Positions 29,152-39,231 of a DNA stretch of 64,000 nucleotides are shown here, in pieces. The stretch is from a virus. The stretch covers positions 51,656 through 115,655 of the IMG/VR virus record IMGVR_UViG_3300027741_000030. One strand, given 5' to 3'. A model generated the notes under the pieces. The model saw only the letters and a list, made by a program, of their open reading frames with translations. It did not search any database and was not told where the DNA came from. The position numbers and the translations under genes were made by a program. Position 1 is the first letter of the stretch, and the number at the start of each line of letters is the position of its first letter.

Positions 29152-32100
29152 TGTTAACGGCATCTTCTAGTGTTTTAAATGCAATAAATAAATCAACAAG
29201 CATCTCAATTACAAATGGATGCATGCTTGAATATAATATGAATGACATTATCCAGGGTACCTCTATAACGGCTCCAGAAGGGGTTTTAACGGCCTCTTTA
29301 ACAGCTTCTGCAGATCAGGGAGGGTATACCTACAAACCCTTTGAAAAGCTATTTCCAATAACCAGCATAATTGACCCAAGACGCCCAAAATACGCTGGAA
29401 TTCAATACATGATTGCGGGAGATCCAAGCTTAGCAACAACGCTATCAAGTGGTGTGGGGTCAAAAGATACATACGCTTCTTCTAAAGAATTTTCTAAAAG
29501 GCTTTATTTTTCAAGTATAAAAACTGCATATAAATATTGGGTTACACCGAAAGCATCTGGAAACTCATTATCAAATTGTATTTTATCATTAACATATCCT
29601 GCAGCAAAAACAGCAGTGTCAAACAAAATAACTATTAAGTTTGAGGTATCTCATTCAAAACCTACATCTTGGAATCTGAAGCTATTAAACTTGTCTGGCT
29701 CTGAATCTACTATATATACAGGAACAACCTGCCCAGATTCTGGAATTGTAAATCTTTATTATAATGGATCTACATGGACAGAGACAGAGCCATCATTACC
29801 ATCAACAGGAGTTGATTTAAGCGGACTAAAGCTACAAATAAATTCAATTAGCACATCAGGTGGGTATTTAGGAATAATAGAAATGTCTGCAAGGTATATT
29901 GTAGATATAACACAAAGGCTAGAATCATTTACTATATCCCAAAGCGCATCAGATTCAGTGGATGGAATTGTTCCAGTAGGCTCTGTTACAGCAAACTCAA
30001 TTTCACTTAATTTAAATTCATACGATAGGGTATGTGAAAATTATGACAAAGCAATAGCTTTTAATAAAAGTAAAATTAATTTGTATAAAAATGTTATGGT
30101 TAAGCCCTATGTTGTTATTGAATCTGAAAAAATAAATTTAGGTGTTTATTATTTAGAATCATCAGACATAAGTGAATTTGGAGATGTATCAATTACTGCC
30201 TTAGATGGGGCTAAAGAATTACAGTATATTAAGCCACCAGATACTGTGACAAAAGATATGTCTTCTGTTGCAATAATAAGAAGATTGCTTGACTCAGTTG
30301 GATTTACAAATTATAAGTTTAATGTTGCTGAAACAGATACGGCAACTATAACTCCAAATTATTGGTATACAGATCCAAACAAAACCGTGTGGGAACATAT
30401 TCAAGATTTATGTAAAGACACTCAAATGGTTGCTGTATTTGATCAAAATGATGTTTTGCAATTTTACCCAAGAGATTACATATTTGCAAAAAATAAATCT
30501 CCACAAATGTCATTTAGGTATAGTGCAAAATCTGACAAGCTTTCAAACATAGCATCTTTATCAGTAGAAACTGTCCCATCTGCAAAAGCAGTTAAGGTTT
30601 TGTATAGCCCGCAGCTTAGTTCTTCGTACGACATTAGCTCAAAAGATATCCTATATAGTTCTCCAGTAGTATCTCTTGGAGCAGCAGCACTCACTAAAGA
30701 TCTTTTACCAAATGCTCCAGCAGAGGGAACACAAGGAACAGACGACTATGCACCTCTAGGTGTAGCTTATTTGGAGCCAGTTGTAATCAGAGGGCAAGAA
30801 AAGCAATTATATTCTTATAGCGGTTATCTTGTTATTGAAAAAGAAATTATTGAATACGATGCAATACAATATCAATATCAAGACATTAACGATTCGTCTG
30901 TTAAGTATAAATGGATGCAATCTGAATCTGATGTTCAAAAAAGCCAGGGCCTTGCAAAACCAAATACTTTTGCTCCAACAGGTAAATATAGAATAAAAGC
31001 TAGAAATGTTTTTAATGTTGTTTCCAGCACTGACACCGCTTCATTGACTCACATTGTAAATACTGACACATTAGCAGCAGAATGGGAAGGTAAAAAATGG
31101 AACAGCGTTGCTGGAACAATTACATCAGATCAATCTGTTTTTACATTAAAAGAAGTTGTTGCATCAACAACAAATAATTTATTTAATCCAATACCAAAAT
31201 CTATGATGACGCTGTTTGCACCTAATGCAACTACAGTTGTAAATGCAGATAAAACTTTGCCAAATTCTTATAATCAAAATACAATTTATTCAATGGCAAC
31301 AACTAATGCAAAGTATTTAAATGGCAACAGCTTTGTTATAGGAACCAACATGTACTTCCCCTTAATTAAAGATCCAAAAACTCAGTTAGGCACTGGAGAG
31401 CAAAGAGTTACCTCTGGCTTGGCATTTTCTTTAAGCCCAGATAATAGAAGCGGATACCTTCTTACAGTATCAACATCTCAAAATTCTAATGGTGAAAAGA
31501 ACTATAGAGATGTAAATTTTTATAAAATAGTTGATGGAAAACCTGTGTCTATGACTAACTCTCAAAAAGATACAGACGGAACAATTATTACAAATATTAA
31601 TGGCGGTCAACTTTATAGAATAGATATTCGTGCAAACTATTCAATACCAGCTGGAGGAACAACCAAAGTTCTTGCGCTTAAAATTTTAATAAATAATAAA
31701 ACATTTGTTGTTGTTGACTCTAATCCATTAAGCATAACTGAAAAAATTGGTCTATTGTCTCTTCAGGGGACATCTGCTTTTGACTACGTCTATTCATCTT
31801 CAATAACCTCAGCAGAATTTTTAGCCAATAATAGTTTTAATTTGTATAAAGGATTTTTAGGTGGAGAATCTTCTGTTGTTAAAAATTTTGGAGACTTTAT
31901 TTTTGATCAAGGTAAAAAAGTAGAGAGCCCTTCCTGGATAAAAGAATTTGGTCCAGTAGCAAGAGAACTAAGAAGAATACAAACTAGATACACTACTCCA
32001 GGATTTCCAAAATATTCTCAGCTTGTAAATAACCCAGACGTTACAATTGTTGGCGAATCAATAGATTCTTTTACAATGGATATATTTGCAATGAATAACA

Positions 32101-32534
32101 GTGGAGCTTTTGCCTCATTAGCAAATGGTGAAGAAAAATCTTTTACTGTTGTAGGAGATTTTATTGTTCCATCTGATCCATTTCAATATATGGATTCCAC
32201 ATTAACAGATTTAGACAAACAAGAACAAGTTAGTTTTGAGTCTACATGGATTCAAAGAGAAACAGAGGCTAGAGATTTAGCAAAATGGATGACTGAGCAA
32301 TGGTCTAAGCAGCAAAGAGTAATTACCCTAGAAACATTTATAAACCCATTGATTCAAATAGGAGATGTTATTGAAATTTCTTATCCAGAAAATAAAATAT
32401 ACTCTTCAGAAGATACAGGTATACCTTCAGGATATTTGGCAAGCAAGTTTGCAGTGCTATCTTTAGACACCACTTATGATAATCAATCTTCTCCAACAAC
32501 AAGAATAACCTGTAGATCGATTTATACTGGATAA
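29151..32534 (+). CDS. Large minor tail/baseplate hub protein
   Basis: Synteny; C-terminal NPLIQIGDVIEI hub motif; TAATG coupling favours the start at 29151. Confidence 0.65.
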   Translation: MLTASSSVLNAINKSTSISITNGCMLEYNMNDIIQGTSITAPEGVLTASLTASADQGGYTYKPFEKLFPITSIIDPRRPKYAGIQYMIAGDPSLATTLSSGVGSKDTYASSKEFSKRLYFSSIKTAYKYWVTPKASGNSLSNCILSLTYPAAKTAVSNKITIKFEVSHSKPTSWNLKLLNLSGSESTIYTGTTCPDSGIVNLYYNGSTWTETEPSLPSTGVDLSGLKLQINSISTSGGYLGIIEMSARYIVDITQRLESFTISQSASDSVDGIVPVGSVTANSISLNLNSYDRVCENYDKAIAFNKSKINLYKNVMVKPYVVIESEKINLGVYYLESSDISEFGDVSITALDGAKELQYIKPPDTVTKDMSSVAIIRRLLDSVGFTNYKFNVAETDTATITPNYWYTDPNKTVWEHIQDLCKDTQMVAVFDQNDVLQFYPRDYIFAKNKSPQMSFRYSAKSDKLSNIASLSVETVPSAKAVKVLYSPQLSSSYDISSKDILYSSPVVSLGAAALTKDLLPNAPAEGTQGTDDYAPLGVAYLEPVVIRGQEKQLYSYSGYLVIEKEIIEYDAIQYQYQDINDSSVKYKWMQSESDVQKSQGLAKPNTFAPTGKYRIKARNVFNVVSSTDTASLTHIVNTDTLAAEWEGKKWNSVAGTITSDQSVFTLKEVVASTTNNLFNPIPKSMMTLFAPNATTVVNADKTLPNSYNQNTIYSMATTNAKYLNGNSFVIGTNMYFPLIKDPKTQLGTGEQRVTSGLAFSLSPDNRSGYLLTVSTSQNSNGEKNYRDVNFYKIVDGKPVSMTNSQKDTDGTIITNINGGQLYRIDIRANYSIPAGGTTKVLALKILINNKTFVVVDSNPLSITEKIGLLSLQGTSAFDYVYSSSITSAEFLANNSFNLYKGFLGGESSVVKNFGDFIFDQGKKVESPSWIKEFGPVARELRRIQTRYTTPGFPKYSQLVNNPDVTIVGESIDSFTMDIFAMNNSGAFASLANGEEKSFTVVGDFIVPSDPFQYMDSTLTDLDKQEQVSFESTWIQRETEARDLAKWMTEQWSKQQRVITLETFINPLIQIGDVIEISYPENKIYSSEDTGIPSGYLASKFAVLSLDTTYDNQSSPTTRITCRSIYTG

Positions 32535-32551
32535 AATGGTAGAATGTAAAT

Positions 32552-32917
32552 ATGAGCAATATTAAACAGCCAGCGTCAAAAACAGCAAAGCCGCAAAAGC
32601 TTTTGCTGTTTCCTGGAGACCCATTAATAAAAACATTAAAGCCAGACTATTACGTAATTGTTGACCCATCAACATTAGAAGAGATTGGTGTTTCTGGATT
32701 ACAAAATACAGATGAGCAAACAACTGTTGAAGATGATGAGGCTGCAGCGGAAGAAGAATTTTATGGTGGCCTAGAAGCTCCAAATCTAGAAGATATAACT
32801 TTGATAAGTAAAAAAATGATTACAGACGATAATAAAAACCAATATGTTGAATTTGTTTTTAACATTAAAAATCACGTAGGCGATAAAGTGGTAGGAGTGC
32901 ATGGATATGGACAATAA
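32552..32917 (+). CDS. Hypothetical protein (tail region)
   Basis: ORF with extended -10 TGGTAGAAT at 32537. Confidence 0.5.
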   Translation: MSNIKQPASKTAKPQKLLLFPGDPLIKTLKPDYYVIVDPSTLEEIGVSGLQNTDEQTTVEDDEAAAEEEFYGGLEAPNLEDITLISKKMITDDNKNQYVEFVFNIKNHVGDKVVGVHGYGQ

Positions 32918-33863
32918 TTTAAATGTAACTGGAGAATATTTTTTTTATGAAGATGGAAAAGAAATATATCGCAGTAAAAATATTTTAACTAAATTTGGTA
33001 AAAGATACATTACTCAATACCTTGCAGGAAAATCTACTTCAAATTTAAAAGATATAGCGCTAGGAGTTGGATCAACAGCAGCAACAATAAATGATACTCA
33101 ACTTGAATTTGAATTTTATAAATCAGTTGTAAACATGAGCAGCGTAGATATACAGACTAGTCAACTAACTGGAGAAAGCACATACGGAATAGTTTATAAA
33201 TCAACAGTCCCAGTAGACGTAGCTGGAGTTATAAGCGAGGTTGGTTTATTTCCTTCAGTGACATTTGGCAGTACAGATTATGCAGGAAATTCAATATCAA
33301 CTTTTGAAAATAATCAAGAGTGGTACGATTCAAATAAAGAATTTGCACAATCATTAACATCTCCTGAGCCAAAAATTGGAACCTACTATATTTCAATTGG
33401 TGCAGCATCTTCACAATCTAAAAATTATTTTTATAATTTTAATTTAGATATTTCTGGGTATAGTTCAAATGACAGTCTAACATTAGCGTACTACCAGTCT
33501 GATTTAAATTTAGACTATGTGTTTGTAAGAACATATGATTCAAATGACAGATATTATGAAATTAGGTACCCTTCAAACAATTCAATAGGATATAAAATAA
33601 ACTCTTTAACTTTAAACAATTTATATACTAGTGGATACGGAAATGGAACACCCGATAATGAGTCTATTGTTAAAATATCAGTAGGGGTTAAAGCAAAGTC
33701 TTCGGGCTCAACAAATGTTTTATTTGATGGCTTAAGAATTAATGATGAAGATGCGTTTAGATCTGACTACGGACTAATAAGCAGATCAGTTTTATCTACA
33801 CCAATTGTAAAAACTTTGGGAAAGCAAATGGACATAGAGTATAGATTGGGAATTAATTTCTAG
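32901..33863 (+). CDS. Minor tail protein
   Basis: KNILTKFGK...IALGVGSTAATINDTQLEFE...ISEVGLF motif common in tail/baseplate proteins. Confidence 0.6.
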   Translation: MDMDNNLNVTGEYFFYEDGKEIYRSKNILTKFGKRYITQYLAGKSTSNLKDIALGVGSTAATINDTQLEFEFYKSVVNMSSVDIQTSQLTGESTYGIVYKSTVPVDVAGVISEVGLFPSVTFGSTDYAGNSISTFENNQEWYDSNKEFAQSLTSPEPKIGTYYISIGAASSQSKNYFYNFNLDISGYSSNDSLTLAYYQSDLNLDYVFVRTYDSNDRYYEIRYPSNNSIGYKINSLTLNNLYTSGYGNGTPDNESIVKISVGVKAKSSGSTNVLFDGLRINDEDAFRSDYGLISRSVLSTPIVKTLGKQMDIEYRLGINF

Positions 33864-36514
33864 TGGCAAGCTATTATGCAGATAATCCAGGAAATGCAAA
33901 TTTTTTATTTCCTGATTTACAAAAAAATACAAATGAAGCTGCAGCTGCCGCATCTAAAACATCACCAGGTTCATATGAAGTAAAGCTAAAACTTCCTCTA
34001 ACAAGAGCTGCAAAAGTTTTTTCTTTTTGGTTTAATTATTTATATGAAAATCCAGAAACAAAAATTGTTACAGAAGGCCCAAGATCACCGACAGTTCAAT
34101 ATGGATTTGATGTTCCAAATTTAACAAAATCAGTTCTTAACTTAACATTAACTGCAGGATTTAAATCTTACGGTGTTAAATTTGAAATAGATCCAACTAG
34201 TGTTCAAGAAGATATTGTAATATATGAAAGTCTTACGGGAGCATTTGGTGGAGAACAATATATAGTGTATGTAGGAACATCTACAAATGTAACCATTAAT
34301 ACATCAGATTTTGCACCTAGATGGGTTTTAGTTAGAACTAGAGATAAATGGCTAACAGCTAATCACTCAGATTCAACCGCTGGTCCAGTAACTCCTAAAA
34401 ATGCTGATCCAGATACCTCTACTCCGCCATCTGCACCGCAGTCCGCATCTGTAGCTGGATCTATAGATGCAAATGATAAAAGTGGTTTTAGCGCAAAGCT
34501 CACAGCTTCTTGGACGGCAAACTCGGATAATAATACTTCAGGGTATGTGATAAGATGGACAACTCAAAATCCAGCAACAACAATTAGTCCTTTATGGGAA
34601 TATGGGCAGGTTGATGGTAAAGCAACCACAACCTTTGACATAACTGGTTTAATTCCAAACACACTTTACTATTGGCAAGTAACAGCAAAGAGTCCTTACA
34701 ATGCTTTGACATGGGTAGGCTCTCAATCTGGAACAGTAGGTCCAATTGTAGATGCAAATGCTCCAGCAGATGCTTTTGCACAATTAAGATCAATTATTTC
34801 AATAGGCGGAAAAACAGCAGACCTGTTTAAAATAGGAACAGGAATATCTCAATCTATAAATACATCTACAACAATAACACCATCACAAACTTCAGGTAAT
34901 TATAGTGGAATAATTCTTAATAAATCAACAACAAATTTCGGACACAACTACTGGCTAAATACAGGGCAATTCAGAGTAGGCAGTGCAACAAACTTTTTAT
35001 ATTGGGACGGATCAGATTTATATACAACAGGTAAAATAAATGCAACTGGTGGCTCTTTTAGCGGAGATGTTCAAATATCAACAGGATCTTTGTATGCTGG
35101 AACACAACCAAATACTGGTGCAAGAGTAAGATTAAATAGCGCAGGTTTATTTGCATATGACACAAACAATAATCAAACAGTTGCAATTACTCAAGCTGAT
35201 GGAAAATTAGATGCAAGGCAAGGTTCTATTGCAGGTTGGACTATAAATGTAGCGTCTGGACAAACATATGGAACTATATCTCGAAACGCAACAATATTTG
35301 ACAGCAATGGTAATATAACTTTAGGAGATATAACAGGAACTCTTCCTTCAATTGTAAGGATGAGTGCAACAGATTCAACATACAGACTTTGGGTAGGATC
35401 TCAATCTGCATCAGCTGCAGCATTTAAAGTAGATTTAAATGGAAAGCTTTATGCAACAGGAGCGGTAATTGATGGAAGCGCATCGATTTCTGGAACAGTT
35501 ACAATAGGTGGAACCACTGCGTCAACAGTTGTTTCAAATGCATCAACAGCAGTATCTACTGCAAACACTGCATCTTCTAGTGCAAGCACCGCATTGGCTA
35601 ACGCACAAGCAGCTGCAACAGAAGCAAATACAGCTAAAGTTTCTGCAGCAGCTGCAAAAGCTATTGCAGATGCAGCACTTCCATCAACAAGCTTTAATGG
35701 TGATGCAATTGCTTCAAGAATTAATAGTCCAACAACAACTACAACAATTGATGGTGGAAAATTAACCACTGGAACAGTTAGGGCCAATGCTGTTGTTTCA
35801 GATTTTATTTCAGCATTTTCTATAAATGCAGATAATATTACTACTGGAACACTAACTGGTAGAGATATATCAATTGCTGGTGATTCAAATACAAATAGAT
35901 TTAGAACTTCTTATAATAGAAATACTCCAGTTAGCTTGTCAACTGTAAGCTCATTGGGAATAAACGCCATAGCAATGATTAGCGTTAATACTTCTGGTGT
36001 AGTAAGTCACTGGTATCCTTTTTTAGATGCGGAATCAGATATTGGAACTACAACTTATAAATGGAGATATATTAGATCTAATAATGGAACTATTCAAACT
36101 TCTGATATAAGAAAAAAAACAAATATAACAGACTCAGATCTTGGGTTAAATTTTATAAATTTATTAAGGCCAGTAAAATATAATAATAAATATGACCCAC
36201 AAATTCCAGAGGTAAATGAAAATAATCAACCTATATTAGATGAAAATGGAAATAGAGTCATCAAGCCTGGTCATGGATACACTGGGTCTAGGTATCATTA
36301 TGGACTTATAGCTCAAGAAGTAAAATCAACATTAGATCAAGTAGGAATCGGAGATAGTTTTTCTGGATGGACTCTTGATAATTTAGAAGATCCTGATTCA
36401 TATCAGGGTTTATCTTATGATAAATTTATTGCTCCAATGATTAAGTCTATACAAGAGCTATCAGATATGGTAGAATCGTTACAACAAGAAGTAAATACAC
36501 TGAAAGGTATATAA
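33863..36514 (+). CDS. Tail fibre/spike with FN3 domain and C-terminal S74-like chaperone
   Basis: ITGLIPNTLYYWQVTA (FN3); SDIRKKTNI...HYGLIAQEV...YDKFIAPMIKSIQEL. Confidence 0.8.
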   Translation: MASYYADNPGNANFLFPDLQKNTNEAAAAASKTSPGSYEVKLKLPLTRAAKVFSFWFNYLYENPETKIVTEGPRSPTVQYGFDVPNLTKSVLNLTLTAGFKSYGVKFEIDPTSVQEDIVIYESLTGAFGGEQYIVYVGTSTNVTINTSDFAPRWVLVRTRDKWLTANHSDSTAGPVTPKNADPDTSTPPSAPQSASVAGSIDANDKSGFSAKLTASWTANSDNNTSGYVIRWTTQNPATTISPLWEYGQVDGKATTTFDITGLIPNTLYYWQVTAKSPYNALTWVGSQSGTVGPIVDANAPADAFAQLRSIISIGGKTADLFKIGTGISQSINTSTTITPSQTSGNYSGIILNKSTTNFGHNYWLNTGQFRVGSATNFLYWDGSDLYTTGKINATGGSFSGDVQISTGSLYAGTQPNTGARVRLNSAGLFAYDTNNNQTVAITQADGKLDARQGSIAGWTINVASGQTYGTISRNATIFDSNGNITLGDITGTLPSIVRMSATDSTYRLWVGSQSASAAAFKVDLNGKLYATGAVIDGSASISGTVTIGGTTASTVVSNASTAVSTANTASSSASTALANAQAAATEANTAKVSAAAAKAIADAALPSTSFNGDAIASRINSPTTTTTIDGGKLTTGTVRANAVVSDFISAFSINADNITTGTLTGRDISIAGDSNTNRFRTSYNRNTPVSLSTVSSLGINAIAMISVNTSGVVSHWYPFLDAESDIGTTTYKWRYIRSNNGTIQTSDIRKKTNITDSDLGLNFINLLRPVKYNNKYDPQIPEVNENNQPILDENGNRVIKPGHGYTGSRYHYGLIAQEVKSTLDQVGIGDSFSGWTLDNLEDPDSYQGLSYDKFIAPMIKSIQELSDMVESLQQEVNTLKGI

Positions 36515-36669
36515 TGGATAAAGCAGAATTGGTAATACAGGCATTGCAGCAAAGAATTGGCGAAGTTGTCTCACAATATGAGACTCATATTGCAGTTCTA
36601 CGTGCAGAAATTACACAATTAGTAGAACAAATTAAAAATCAGGAAGCTACACCAGAAACACAGGAGTAA
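36514..36669 (+). CDS. Small coiled-coil protein (51 aa; absent from ORF track)
   Basis: MDKAELVIQALQQRIGEVVSQYETHIAVLRAEITQL...; TAATG-coupled to the fibre gene and fills the gap to the next gene. Confidence 0.7.
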   Translation: MDKAELVIQALQQRIGEVVSQYETHIAVLRAEITQLVEQIKNQEATPETQE

Positions 36670-36671
36670 AA

Positions 36672-37106
36672 ATGGCAGACTTAAAATCAAAGAATATCAA
36701 TGCTGGTGACCCAGTAACGGCGGAGCTTATTAATAACATTATATTAGATTTAAATGAAATTAATAAAGGCTCTACAATTTCTACGATTACTCTTGCAAAC
36801 ACAACTGCATCAGGATCATCTACAACCGTATCCAGCACAGTTCAGGCTGTTGGCCCACAGATAGTATCGATGTCTGGAGGATCAACTGTTACTGAAAGAG
36901 AGTTTAAATTTGCTAAGCCATTTGCAGAAGCTCCAAAATGTTGGGTTCAAATTTATACAGAGGGTCTAGATCAACCAACATTTGCACAGTCTCAAGTTTT
37001 CACACAGGTAACTTTAGTTACAACAACATCTGCAAAGGTAAAGTTTAGAACATCAACTTCAACTAAATTAAAGGTTGTTCTTTTTGCTACAGGAGTTTTA
37101 GCCTAA
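36672..37106 (+). CDS. Small structural protein, possible H-type lectin-like C-terminus
   Basis: INAGDPVTAELINNI...FKFAKPFAEAPKCWVQ; AGGAG SD. Confidence 0.45.
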   Translation: MADLKSKNINAGDPVTAELINNIILDLNEINKGSTISTITLANTTASGSSTTVSSTVQAVGPQIVSMSGGSTVTEREFKFAKPFAEAPKCWVQIYTEGLDQPTFAQSQVFTQVTLVTTTSAKVKFRTSTSTKLKVVLFATGVLA

Positions 37107-37110
37107 ACTA

Positions 37111-37138
37111 TTGACAAGTCATAACCATATGTTACAAT
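37111..37138 (+). promoter_or_regulatory. Promoter starting the replication module
   Basis: TTGACA-N16-TACAAT with TGn extension. Confidence 0.65.
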
Positions 37139-37150
37139 TACTGTAACATC

Positions 37151-37176
37151 AAAGTCACGTACCCGTGACTTTTTTC
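37151..37176 (+). terminator. Hairpin with U-tract (terminator or attenuator)
   Basis: AAAGTCACG-TACC-CGTGACTTT followed by TTT. Confidence 0.7.
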
Positions 37177-37191
37177 GCATAAAGGTAAATA

Positions 37192-37992
37192 ATGAGTAAC
37201 GATTTAAAGTGGATGCTATCATCCGACCAGCAGTTTCCATATCAGGATGATAAGATGATCGCCCTATGGTTTAAAGTAATGAAATGGTTTAAGCCAGATG
37301 TTGTTGACTACCTGGGAGACACTGACGATCAGGCATGCTATAGTAAGTACACAGAAGGTCGTTCTGCAGAGTTTATGCAACTTCACAAAGATGACAGTCG
37401 TGATTTAATTGTTCCAATGATGAGGCATGAAGCAAAGGGTGCTAGAGATTTCTACGCCAAAACACGAGAGATGCTTCCAGATGCACAGCTATTCTCAGCG
37501 CTTGGAAATCACGACATTAGAATTTTTGATTATATAGACAAAAAACTTCCAGACTATGCAAATGAAGTAACACCAGAAGCACTCTGGTCTTTGGACTCAT
37601 TGGGATACGATTACATATATTACGATGAACTCCCTAAACTTCGTTTTGGAGATATACATGTACACCATGGACTTTCAATTGCAACAACTGGATCTGCAAG
37701 AAAAGATATGGAAGACATGCAGATATCTTTAATTAGAGGACACTCTCACAGAATTGCATCGCATATGGTAACATATGAGCTTAGAAACAATGGTCAAGGA
37801 GAAACACTTCGTGGCTATGAGATTGGTCACATGTGTGACGAAAAAGGTCCAGGAATGAAGTACACACAACATCATGATTGGCAAAAAGGATTTGCAGTAG
37901 CGCATATTGTAAATGATTATCCTCATATTCAAATGATCCATGTGTCGCCAGACTATAGCTGTGTAGTGGATGGAAAGTTTTTTACACTATAA
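37192..37992 (+). CDS. Calcineurin-like metallophosphoesterase
   Basis: SDQQ, GDTDD, GNHD, HHG, GHSHR motifs. Confidence 0.85.
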   Translation: MSNDLKWMLSSDQQFPYQDDKMIALWFKVMKWFKPDVVDYLGDTDDQACYSKYTEGRSAEFMQLHKDDSRDLIVPMMRHEAKGARDFYAKTREMLPDAQLFSALGNHDIRIFDYIDKKLPDYANEVTPEALWSLDSLGYDYIYYDELPKLRFGDIHVHHGLSIATTGSARKDMEDMQISLIRGHSHRIASHMVTYELRNNGQGETLRGYEIGHMCDEKGPGMKYTQHHDWQKGFAVAHIVNDYPHIQMIHVSPDYSCVVDGKFFTL

Positions 37993-38177
37993 TGTGGTGC
38001 GGTAAATGTGGTGGAAGAGTTTTTGTAGATAGAGTATTTTCACAAAAACTACATATGGAATTATTCTGTATCATGTGCGGCAAACGCTGGATGTGCAATA
38101 AAGAAACGAGTGCTTTCGGAAAATGGCTGGATCAAAAAGAAACGGCAAATCAAAAAACTTACGGTATTTCTTCTTAA
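37992..38177 (+). CDS. Zinc-ribbon protein
   Basis: CGKC...CIMC. Confidence 0.7.
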   Translation: MWCGKCGGRVFVDRVFSQKLHMELFCIMCGKRWMCNKETSAFGKWLDQKETANQKTYGISS

Positions 38178-38608
38178 ACGAAAAAGTACATAAAGTTTTA
38201 AGGTCATCCAGATCAAAAGATGAATTGGTTGCCTGGTGCTATCCAGACAGAAAGCGTGTAATGTATTCTTATTCGCAGGTAAAGAAATATATGGAAAACG
38301 CATACACAATTGTTGAAGTTTCTAGTATGTTAAATAAGCATAGAGTAACCATACAAGATTATATTTTAGAGGGTAAGGTTATGACGCCAGCCAAAATATA
38401 TCCAATAGGTGAGCCAGACAGTAAGTCTTGGTCAAAATATATGTTTAATGAAAAAAATATATTTGACATACACGAACATATATTAGATTCAGGACACTCA
38501 GGAGAACTTCCATCTAAAGCAGAATTAAAGGGGCTTCTCAAAAATAACTTTATATTGTATACTAAAACAGAAGAAGGAAAATTTATTCCAGTGTGGAAGG
38601 CGGAATAG
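38123..38608 (+). CDS. Putative HTH DNA-binding protein
   Basis: YTIVEVSSMLNKHRVTIQDYI, a MerR/excisionase-like helix pattern. Confidence 0.55.
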   Translation: MAGSKRNGKSKNLRYFFLNEKVHKVLRSSRSKDELVAWCYPDRKRVMYSYSQVKKYMENAYTIVEVSSMLNKHRVTIQDYILEGKVMTPAKIYPIGEPDSKSWSKYMFNEKNIFDIHEHILDSGHSGELPSKAELKGLLKNNFILYTKTEEGKFIPVWKAE

Positions 38609-38718
38609 TGGCAAGTAATAGAATCGTGATCTGTACAGAATGTTCAAAAGAGCTAGAAGTCAGATCAGGTTTTGCACACATGACATTATCTAATCATATA
38701 AAGAAGGAGCACAAGTGA
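38608..38718 (+). CDS. 36-aa C2H2-type zinc finger (absent from ORF track)
   Basis: GTG start; MASNRIVICTECSKELEVRSGFAHMTLSNHIKKEHK; overlaps both neighbours. Confidence 0.6.
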   Translation: MASNRIVICTECSKELEVRSGFAHMTLSNHIKKEHK

Positions 38719-38918
38719 CAACAAGGGTTAAGGTTGACTTATCTTTTACACGAAATCTAGGTAACTATGAAAGCATAAAGATTGGCATAGGTATTGAAGA
38801 TGACGTTAGGCAGGGTGAGACAGTTGATGCTGCAACCGAAAGAGTTTATGCTTTTGTTGAAAGTAAACTGATTCAAAAAACTCAAGAAGTAGAAGAAGAG
38901 TTAAAGAGTGGCAAATAG
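38715..38918 (+). CDS. Hypothetical protein
   Basis: TRNLGNYESIKI motif; AAGGAG SD. Confidence 0.6.
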   Translation: MTTRVKVDLSFTRNLGNYESIKIGIGIEDDVRQGETVDAATERVYAFVESKLIQKTQEVEEELKSGK

Positions 38919-39231
38919 CAAAGAGCCATATATCTTGCTTACAATGTATCAAAATTTATATAAAGATAAATATGGCAAGCCTGTAACCATAAATAAGTTT
39001 CGTGAAAAATGGGCTATGCAAGATGTAATAGATAGTGTAGGATTTGATCGTGCAAAAAAATTGCTAGAGTACTACTTTGGGTTAACAAAAAATGGACACC
39101 CACTTCAGTTTTTCTTTTATAACTTTGACAAAATGGATGAGCTAAAAAAAGAGATTGAAAAAGATAAAGAAAAACGTCGTTTGTTACTGGAAGAAACGAA
39201 GAAAATGGTAGAGCAAGGCGGAATAGAATGA
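38908..39231 (+). CDS. Hypothetical protein upstream of helicase
   Basis: Translationally coupled to dnaB. Confidence 0.55.
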   Translation: MANSKEPYILLTMYQNLYKDKYGKPVTINKFREKWAMQDVIDSVGFDRAKKLLEYYFGLTKNGHPLQFFFYNFDKMDELKKEIEKDKEKRRLLLEETKKMVEQGGIE

